A DNA stretch of 14,773 bases from contig JAEOTE010000037.1 in NCBI GenBank assembly GCA_016839945.1, positions 1 to 14,773 on the forward strand, read 5' to 3'. Both the position numbers and the translations under genes were made by a program. The stretch is from Candidatus Heimdallarchaeota archaeon. GTDB taxonomy: Archaea; Asgardarchaeota; Heimdallarchaeia; Heimdallarchaeales; Heimdallarchaeaceae. The notes under the pieces are model-generated. The model saw only the letters and a list, made by a program, of their open reading frames with translations. It was not told the DNA's origin and did no database searches. This document shows, one piece after another, positions 8,503 through 14,773 of this stretch (the first letter of the stretch is position 1; each line of letters begins with the position of its first letter).

Positions 8503-8549
8503 CTTATGATATGAGAAAGATTCAAATTTAAAAAAGTTAGGTATTGACT

Positions 8550-9716
8550 TTATTTTTTTCTCAATTTAGCAATAAAATATCCTAAAGTATTATCCATTCC
8601 GGGTAAGAACCTTTGAAATGGGGAATCATATTTCTCATGAATAGATCCCATTTTTGATAATTTATATTGTTGTTCTAAAATTCTGAAATTGTAATTTTCT
8701 GCGAATTTGCTTATAATCTCCTCATTTTCTTCTTTAGTGATTGTACATGTAGAATATACAATTGTCCCTCCTGGTTTAAGTAAACTATTGCAAGCATAGA
8801 TTATTGCTTTTTGATATTTTGACAAATCCTTTATTCTTTTAATAGATGTATTAAAAACCAAACGTGGTCTTAATCCCAATGAAGAACAAGGGGGATCAAT
8901 TAATATCTTATCAAATTTAACTGTCCAAGTGTCGCTAAAATCTATTATATTACCAATTTTGATTGATATGTTCTTAATTTTGAATTGTTCAATTCTATTT
9001 CTTAATTTTTGTATTCTTTTTTTAGACCTGTCCACTGCTATTATCTTTGACTTATTTCCCAATAGCTCACTTAGATGTAAGGTTTTGTTTCCAGGAGCTG
9101 CACAACAATCCAGAATTGTTTCGTTAGATTTTGGCTCTAAGTTCATTGAAGTAAGAAAAGCAGGAACACTTTGAAAAAATACAGGATAATCCTTTAATCC
9201 AGATTGTTCTAAACTTGGAACTCTATATGGAGATGCTAGGTTTTTTGCAGCTACTCCATGCTTCTTATTCAGCATTTCATGATGACTCATTAACGCTTTA
9301 GCTTTAGCAACGGCTATTCCTTGTTGATTTACTATTTGAACAAAATCATTTTTTTTAACTCTATTTGCTCGTTTAACGCCTGGCACGAAAACATCTGCCC
9401 CTTGATAAACCATTTCAGCAGCTTGATTATCCACGATTATTTCTTTGAGATGCTCTGTTGATTTCAGTTTAAATTTCCCTTTAGGGGTACAAATGATCAA
9501 ATTAGGAAAAATGTCATGTACTTTAGCACTAAAGTTATTTTTATGTAACAAATCCAAGATTTTATCGGCTATTGATACTTCTTGGTAAATATGTAAACTA
9601 TAATCTTCTGTAGGAGTTATAATTTTCTGAAGAAAATTTCGACTTCGCTTTTTTCCTAATAATTCCAATAAATATTTCTTCATTTCTTCTGAAATAAGTG
9701 GTAACTTGGAAGCCAT
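8550..9716 (-). CDS. PUA-domain RsmB/NOP2-family RNA m5C methyltransferase (NSUN6-like)
   Basis: PUA segment AEMVYQGADVFVPGV; DCCAAPGNKT (motif I), DPPCS (motif IV) and YSTCT (motif VI), with both catalytic Cys present. Confidence 0.92.
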   Translation of the reverse strand: MASKLPLISEEMKKYLLELLGKKRSRNFLQKIITPTEDYSLHIYQEVSIADKILDLLHKNNFSAKVHDIFPNLIICTPKGKFKLKSTEHLKEIIVDNQAAEMVYQGADVFVPGVKRANRVKKNDFVQIVNQQGIAVAKAKALMSHHEMLNKKHGVAAKNLASPYRVPSLEQSGLKDYPVFFQSVPAFLTSMNLEPKSNETILDCCAAPGNKTLHLSELLGNKSKIIAVDRSKKRIQKLRNRIEQFKIKNISIKIGNIIDFSDTWTVKFDKILIDPPCSSLGLRPRLVFNTSIKRIKDLSKYQKAIIYACNSLLKPGGTIVYSTCTITKEENEEIISKFAENYNFRILEQQYKLSKMGSIHEKYDSPFQRFLPGMDNTLGYFIAKLRKK

Positions 9717-9736
9717 ATTTCAACCAATCACAGAAA

Positions 9737-10234
9737 TTACTTTATGAGATCATAAAAAGTGACATCATTACTTTCGGTGTTTAATATTGCAATTGTTGCT
9801 TCGCCATATAAATCTCCAAAGGTTTCACCAGGATTTATTAAAACAGTCTTTCCTTCTTGCAAGGTTTCCTTATGATGAGTATGTCCTATAATTACGTAAT
9901 CATATTCTTGGGAATGTAGTAGTGCGTTTGTAATAATCTCGTTTGTTCCATGATAAAGTGCAAATTTCTTGCCACCAAGTTCAATTTCACCTAATTCATC
10001 GAAAAAAATACCAATATCTTCTATTAGTTTCTTTATAAATTGAACATCGCCAAGATTATTACCTGAACAGAGATAAAACCTATTCTTAAAGTCAGCAAAC
10101 AGAGGTATGCAGAAAGGTGAGACCAAATCTCCAGCATGCATAATTACTTCTACATTATCTTCTTTGAAAATCTGAACAGCTTTTTTGATATTTTGGATAT
10201 TATCGTGTGAATCACTCATTATACCTATTTTCAT
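9737..10234 (-). CDS. YfcE/MJ0936-family metallophosphoesterase
   Basis: SDSHDN, HAGD, GNN, YHG, GHTH and INPGE motifs, 165 aa. Confidence 0.95.
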   Translation of the reverse strand: MKIGIMSDSHDNIQNIKKAVQIFKEDNVEVIMHAGDLVSPFCIPLFADFKNRFYLCSGNNLGDVQFIKKLIEDIGIFFDELGEIELGGKKFALYHGTNEIITNALLHSQEYDYVIIGHTHHKETLQEGKTVLINPGETFGDLYGEATIAILNTESNDVTFYDLIK

Positions 10235-10280
10235 TTCAAATAGATATTTCCTATTATGTTAAAATATTTTTGTTTCAAAA

Positions 10281-10393
10281 TGGTGCGGGGAGGGAGATTC
10301 GAACTCCCGGACCACTAAGGACTAGAACCTGAATCTAGCGCCGTTTTGGTAAGTATGCTTCTGCATCACTTTTGACCACTTGGCTATCCCCGC
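10281..10393 (-). tRNA. tRNA-Leu(CAG), genomically encoded CCA, with 28-nt D-loop intron (10345-10372)
   Basis: Acceptor stem GCGGGGA/TCCCCGC+ACCA, anticodon arm CTAGA-TTCAGGT-TCTAG, long variable arm, T arm GGGAG-TTCGAAT-CTCCC. Removing the intron gives an 85-nt tRNA with D arm GCCAAGTGGTCAACGGC. Confidence 0.95.
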
Positions 10394-10430
10394 TTTTTAT
10401 TCGAATAGTCAAAAATTTTTTTCTAATAAG

Positions 10431-10440
10431 ATATATAAAC
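10431..10440. promoter_or_regulatory. Candidate TATA element in the divergent tRNA-Leu/ubiD spacer
   Basis: atatataaac reads TATATAAA on + and TTTATATA on -, about 40-45 nt from both gene starts. Confidence 0.4.
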
Positions 10441-10484
10441 CATTGTATCTTTTGTTTTTTACTAATTAATGAACCAGTGGTAAT

Positions 10485-11765
10485 ATGAGTTTTCGTGATT
10501 ATCTCAACTCATTGAAGTCTTCATCTCTTCTAGTAGAAATCAATGAAGAAGTAAGTTTGGAGGGGGAAGTTACAGAGCATCTTCAAGCTCATGATGGGAA
10601 GGCAGTTATATTCAACAATATTATAGAATCGCAATTTCCTTTAGTTGGTAACCTCCTTTCTTCAAGAGAACAGCTCAAATTCATTCTGAATGGAGATAAG
10701 AAATTTCATGATAGTTTTAGAGATTCTTTATTAAATCCGCTTAATCCAGAGGTTTGTAATCAAAGCTTAACCTTTGAAAACGCTTTTTCAAGTAATTTGT
10801 TAAGCTTACCAATTCCCAAGTTTTTCGAACAAGAAGGAGGAAGATACCTAACTTCTGGAATCATCTTTTCAAATTTTCCGGGGACTGATAACCCTAATTT
10901 AAGTATTCACAGAATGATGATAATCGATAACCAAAGAGGTGCAATAAGGTTAGTTCCTAGAGATCTTCATAATATTTTCAATTATAATTGCGAAAAAGGA
11001 GAAGATACTCCGATTGCAATTGTGGTTGGTTATCATCCTGCATTAGCTTTGGCTGCTTCTTCTCCTTTAATAAAAGGTGAAACTGAACTAAATATTGCTA
11101 ATAGTCTTTTGAGAGGAAGTCTAGAAGTTGTAAGAACCCCCAAATATGGTATAAAAGTTCCAACTGATGTAGAATTTGTTCTAGAAGGAAAAATACTTGC
11201 CGATCAATTCATTGTTGAAGGACCTTACGTTGATATTACTGGTACTTTAGATGAGATGAGAAAACAGCCCATTGTTGAAATTGAACAGATTTATCACCGA
11301 AACAATCCTATTTTTCAAACAATCTTGGCTGCCCATAATGAGCATTATATTCTTATGGGATTCCCTCGAGAAGTAAAGATCTATAGTAAAGTAGCTTCAG
11401 TCATTCCTGAGGTTCATGATGTTTATTTAACTCCAGAAGGATCAGGTTGGTTAAGTGCCATTATTTCTATTTCAACAGAAAAAAAGGATGGTGCAAAACT
11501 TGCAGCAAAAGCAGCTTTTGAAGCCCATCCTTCACTAAAATGGTGCACTATCGTTGATGAGGATATTGATGTTTGGAATAGAGAGGAAGTTGAGTGGGCA
11601 AGGATAACAAGGGCGGGGGAAGGGGACATAGAAATAATAAATAAGGTTAGGGGGTCAAGCCTAGATCCATCAAAAAATCTAGACGATAAAACATCAATAA
11701 GAGTAATAATTGATGCAACAAAGAAAAAAGACAGAGATCAGGGGGGATATGAAAAAGTAATGTGA
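10485..11765 (+). CDS. UbiD-family prFMN-dependent decarboxylase, likely anhydromevalonate phosphate decarboxylase (archaeal modified mevalonate pathway)
   Basis: SIHRM, EGPYVDITG, EHYILMG.PRE, AAFEAHPSLK..IVDEDID and GSSLDPS resemble the archaeal MJ1133/APE_2078-type UbiD as recalled. The substrate assignment is inference. Confidence 0.85.
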   Translation: MSFRDYLNSLKSSSLLVEINEEVSLEGEVTEHLQAHDGKAVIFNNIIESQFPLVGNLLSSREQLKFILNGDKKFHDSFRDSLLNPLNPEVCNQSLTFENAFSSNLLSLPIPKFFEQEGGRYLTSGIIFSNFPGTDNPNLSIHRMMIIDNQRGAIRLVPRDLHNIFNYNCEKGEDTPIAIVVGYHPALALAASSPLIKGETELNIANSLLRGSLEVVRTPKYGIKVPTDVEFVLEGKILADQFIVEGPYVDITGTLDEMRKQPIVEIEQIYHRNNPIFQTILAAHNEHYILMGFPREVKIYSKVASVIPEVHDVYLTPEGSGWLSAIISISTEKKDGAKLAAKAAFEAHPSLKWCTIVDEDIDVWNREEVEWARITRAGEGDIEIINKVRGSSLDPSKNLDDKTSIRVIIDATKKKDRDQGGYEKVM

Positions 11766-11855
11766 AGAAAGGGAGACATTTATCAAAGTCATTTTTTAGA
11801 GAGATTTAAAAAAATATTTAAAGAAAAACTGAAGATATTCCTTAGAGGTTAAAAA

Positions 11856-13166
11856 ATGAATTTGATGAATGAGTTAAATAACTCTGATTTTGAAGTTGCT
11901 GACATGCTCCTAAGAGAACTAAAACGTCAGGAAGAAGGAATAGAATTGATTCCTTCAGAAAATTATACATCTAGAGCTGTTCTTCAAGCCATGGGTAGTG
12001 TTTTTACAAATAAATATTCAGAAGGCTATCCGAAAAAAAGGTATTATGGAGGAAATGAAATTGTTGATGAAGTTGAGATTCTTGCAATTGAAAGAGCAAA
12101 AGAGCTTTTTGATTGCGAACATGTAAATGTTCAACCCTATTCAGGGTCTCCTGCTAATCAAGCAGTCTTTTTTGCTTTACTAACCCTTAAAGATAAATTT
12201 TTAGGATTTAATCTGACTTCTGGTGGTCATCTCACTCATGGTAGTCATGTAAATTTCTCAGGAAAGAACTATGCCTGTGTTAGCTATGATGTTGATGAGA
12301 AAACAGAAATGCTCGATATGGATTCCATCCACAAATTAGCAGTTCAAGAAAAGCCTAAAATGATTATATCAGGTTTGACTGCATATCCCCGAAAAATTGA
12401 TTTTAAGGCATTCCAAGAAATTGCAGAAGAAGTTGACGCCTACCAATTAGCAGATATTTCTCATATATCTGGATTAGTAGTTGGTGGTGTGCATCAGAGT
12501 CCTATACCACATGCAGATGTAGTTACAACAACAACTCACAAGACTCTAAGGGGTCCTAGAGGTGCAATCATTATGAGTAAAACTGAGGACAGGTTACATG
12601 ATATCCATCATCCTAATTCAAAGAAAAATCTTGCACAACTGATAGATTCTGCTGTATTTCCAGGATTACAAGGAGGACCTCATGATCATGTAAATGCAGC
12701 TAAAGCAGTAGCATTTGGGGAAGCTCTTAAACCAGAATTCAAAGATTACGCTAAACAAGTTGTTAAAAATGCCAAGGTTTTAGCCGATGAACTGATGTCA
12801 CTTGGAATAAAATTAGTGACAAATGGAACAGATAATCATTTGATTCTTATAGATCTTCGTCCCGAGGACCTAATTGGAAAAGGTGGTATTATTCAAGAAG
12901 CATTAGATGATGCAGGAATAACACTAAACAAAAACACAGTCCCATATGAACCCTCTAGTCCATTTAATCCATCAGGACTCAGATTAGGAACTCCTGCTAT
13001 TACAACTAGAGGTATGAAAGAATCTGAAATGAAGGTTATCGCAGAAGGTTTGACAAAAGTCATAAAGTCCAAGGGTGACCCATCAGTAAGTGCTGAGATT
13101 AAAAAAAGCATTTTAGAATTAACAAAACAATTCCCATTATATCCAGGATTATCAATTCTGAAATAA
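11856..13166 (+). CDS. glyA: Serine hydroxymethyltransferase, bacterial-type
   Basis: LIPSEN, YSEGYP..RYYGG, GGHLTHG, TTTHKTLRGPRG, FPGLQGGP and SGLRLGTPAITTRG; GAGGT SD upstream. Confidence 0.98.
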   Translation: MNLMNELNNSDFEVADMLLRELKRQEEGIELIPSENYTSRAVLQAMGSVFTNKYSEGYPKKRYYGGNEIVDEVEILAIERAKELFDCEHVNVQPYSGSPANQAVFFALLTLKDKFLGFNLTSGGHLTHGSHVNFSGKNYACVSYDVDEKTEMLDMDSIHKLAVQEKPKMIISGLTAYPRKIDFKAFQEIAEEVDAYQLADISHISGLVVGGVHQSPIPHADVVTTTTHKTLRGPRGAIIMSKTEDRLHDIHHPNSKKNLAQLIDSAVFPGLQGGPHDHVNAAKAVAFGEALKPEFKDYAKQVVKNAKVLADELMSLGIKLVTNGTDNHLILIDLRPEDLIGKGGIIQEALDDAGITLNKNTVPYEPSSPFNPSGLRLGTPAITTRGMKESEMKVIAEGLTKVIKSKGDPSVSAEIKKSILELTKQFPLYPGLSILK

Positions 13167-13176
13167 CAACACTTGC

Positions 13177-13196
13177 TTTTTTACTCTCTCTTTTTT
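13177..13196 (+). terminator. Putative oligo-T terminator after glyA
   Basis: Pyrimidine tract with two T runs immediately after the glyA stop, at a convergent junction. Confidence 0.4.
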
Positions 13197-13529
13197 CTAT
13201 TTTGGAAGTTTTTCTTCAATTTTTTGCATTATTTTCAGTAAAAAATCAGTTTCTGTTTCTTCAAGACTCAAGGATATTAACACTAACTTTTGCAATTTTA
13301 TTGCTAATCTTTCACCCATCATTCTTACAAAATTTTCATTCTTTGATCCTGTTATATAAAGAGTAGAAGCTGGCACAATAGAAGTTCCAGGAATCGAAAC
13401 GCCAAAAGTACCTATTCTTGGTTTTTCTTCAAAAATATAAATTGAAAAAGCGTTTTCAAATGAAATCATAATTGTTCCAAAATTTCTTTCATCTATCTCA
13501 AAAGTTATTGTTTCTGTAACTGCATCCAT
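13197..13529 (-). CDS. Proteasome assembly chaperone 4 (PAC4/PSMG4)-like small protein
   Basis: 110 aa; the ASTLYITG...ERLAIKLQKLVLISLSL...DFLLKI pattern parallels PSMG4 (ST.LLG...QRLARKT.KQVFVS.NL) as recalled. Not confirmed by a search. Confidence 0.6.
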   Translation of the reverse strand: MDAVTETITFEIDERNFGTIMISFENAFSIYIFEEKPRIGTFGVSIPGTSIVPASTLYITGSKNENFVRMMGERLAIKLQKLVLISLSLEETETDFLLKIMQKIEEKLPK

Positions 13530-13590
13530 TAATTTATGTTAACAATTTTGCTTATTAATTCTATCTCCAGATACTTGGTTGCTTTGTTCT

Positions 13591-14535
13591 TTATATGCAA
13601 AATCCTTTTTCTCCAATTGTTTCATAATTCGCATAATATTCTCTCAAACAATTTAGTTGCTCGTGACTCCTCTTTATATTTTTGAGTTCAAATGCTAGAA
13701 GTAAATTACTCGCTAGCATACATACAGTTGCTGGACCACTTCCTCCCGGAACCGGTGAAATATAGCTTGCTGTTTTCTGAAGGTCATCAAAATCTACATC
13801 ACCTATTAGTTTACCATCCTCAAAGTTTACTCCAACATCAACCACTACTGCAGATTCCTTAATCATCCCCTCTCTTATTAGATGAGGATGTCCTACAGCA
13901 GCTATCAAAATATCAGCTTGTTTAGTATATTCTTCAAGTGGTTTTGTTCGAGAGTGACACATTGTAACTGTTGCATTTTCTTTGAGAAGTAGATGAGAAA
14001 CAGGTTTTCCAACAATCATACTTCTTCCAACCACAACTACATGTTTTCCCTCTAATGGTATTTTATAGTATTTTAGTAAAGCTAGAATTCCTAAAGCAGT
14101 TGCTGGAACTAGGTTTGGAATCGCTTTAGCCCAAGCATAGACATTGTTTGGTGATAAACCTTCCACATCTTTACTCGGTAAAATAGTCTCAATTATTGTA
14201 TCTGAATCTATGTGTGAAGGTAGTGGCATTTGAACTAATATTCCATCGATAGAATCATCTTCATTTTGTTTCTCAATAAACTTGATTAATTCTTTTTCAT
14301 ATGTATTTTCAGGAAGACGAAAAACTTCAGATTCAACGCAAAGATTTGAAAAGAATTTTTCTTTCAGTTTAATATAAGATTCAGACGCAGGATTACTACC
14401 AATAAGTATTGTTGATAATTTTGGTAGTTTATTGTAATTTTGCAAAAAGAATTCACAACGTGGTTTTAGAATTTTTTCCAAATAATCGTTTGCAAATTGT
14501 CTACCGTCTATTATTTTAGATGTCAACCTAATCAC
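13591..14535 (-). CDS. folD: Bifunctional methylene-THF dehydrogenase/cyclohydrolase
   Basis: YIKLK, GILVQMPLP, KDVEG, GRSMIVGKP, CHSRT, GDVD and PVPGG.GP motifs. Start is GTG 14535 or TTG 14526. Confidence 0.97.
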   Translation of the reverse strand: MIRLTSKIIDGRQFANDYLEKILKPRCEFFLQNYNKLPKLSTILIGSNPASESYIKLKEKFFSNLCVESEVFRLPENTYEKELIKFIEKQNEDDSIDGILVQMPLPSHIDSDTIIETILPSKDVEGLSPNNVYAWAKAIPNLVPATALGILALLKYYKIPLEGKHVVVVGRSMIVGKPVSHLLLKENATVTMCHSRTKPLEEYTKQADILIAAVGHPHLIREGMIKESAVVVDVGVNFEDGKLIGDVDFDDLQKTASYISPVPGGSGPATVCMLASNLLLAFELKNIKRSHEQLNCLREYYANYETIGEKGFCI

Positions 14536-14763
14536 TTCTTTATTCTTTATTTTTTTAATCTGTTTAATAAATTCTGAGTAGTAACAAAATTAGGATTAGT
14601 TATTTTACTCATAATATGTTTAGCAGATATTAACACTTCTTTAAACTAGTAAATATTATAGGTTTGTAATCAAAAGGTTTTTATCAATTAGATAAGGAAA
14701 AGGATTAAGATTACTACGCTAGTGTAGGTTAGAGTAGAGATTCAATGTTTTTGGAGTTAAAAA

Positions 14764-14773
14764 ATGAGCTCGG
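14764..14773 (+). CDS. Probable start of a gene running out of the window
   Basis: GGAG-TTAAAAA-ATG, nearly identical to the glyA start context (GAGG-TTAAAAA-ATG), with a BRE/TATA-like AAAAGGTTTTTATC at ~14672-14685. Confidence 0.4.

Noticed and set aside
9737-10234. Phosphoesterase as a Vps29 (retromer) orthologue
   Set aside because: It retains the full metal-binding motifs of the widespread YfcE/MJ0936 family and shows no Vps29-specific features.
10281-10330. tRNA 3' end as an integration site
   Set aside because: No duplicated tRNA 3' end, integrase or foreign-looking genes in the window.
8550-10393. Adjacent tRNA-Leu as substrate of the NSUN6-like enzyme
   Set aside because: Characterised NSUN6 enzymes prefer a U73 or G73 discriminator and this tRNA has A73, so proximity is not evidence.
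11581-11780. Purine-rich ubiD tail as a diversity-generating retroelement variable region or a replication origin
   Set aside because: No template repeat, reverse transcriptase, ORB consensus or cdc6/orc1 gene in the window.
5638-13111. ORFs 5638-5889, 7826-8020, 8153-8509, 8929-9174, 11423-11629 and 12893-13111
   Set aside because: All lie antisense to well-supported genes and have no independent evidence.
14576-14610. Imperfect inverted repeat upstream of folD as a THF riboswitch or ncRNA
   Set aside because: Weak AT-rich pairing with no recognisable riboswitch consensus.
1-14773. CRISPR arrays, IS elements, inteins or frameshifts
   Set aside because: No spaced repeats, terminal inverted repeats or transposase; proteins are of normal length without intein-sized inserts or broken frames.

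Overview
AT-rich archaeal core-genome window (GC roughly 30% by eye). An unsplit RpoB, L30e/NusA, Nob1, an NSUN6-type methyltransferase and a BHB-intron tRNA mark it as archaeal. Bacterial-type GlyA/FolD and a PAC4-like protein would fit an Asgard (Heimdallarchaeia-like) lineage, but that assignment is inference only. Gene order: rpoB(+); SWIM/Sws1-like, nusA, rpl30e and an RHH-nucleotidyltransferase fusion (-); a degenerate HisC-like PLP protein (+); nob1, NAD kinase, PUA-m5C methyltransferase, metallophosphoesterase and tRNA-Leu(CAG) with a 28-nt D-loop intron (-); UbiD/AMPD and glyA (+); PAC4-like and folD (-). No mobile element or CRISPR array was seen. The most notable items are: (1) a divergent pair of apparently catalytically eroded enzyme folds, one fused to a ribbon-helix-helix domain, with a candidate operator repeat between them; (2) a non-canonical D-loop tRNA intron with a bulge-helix-bulge motif; (3) a broken and inverted RNA polymerase operon; (4) a PSMG4/PAC4-like protein; (5) an abrupt purine-rich, G-run segment at the 3' end of ubiD.
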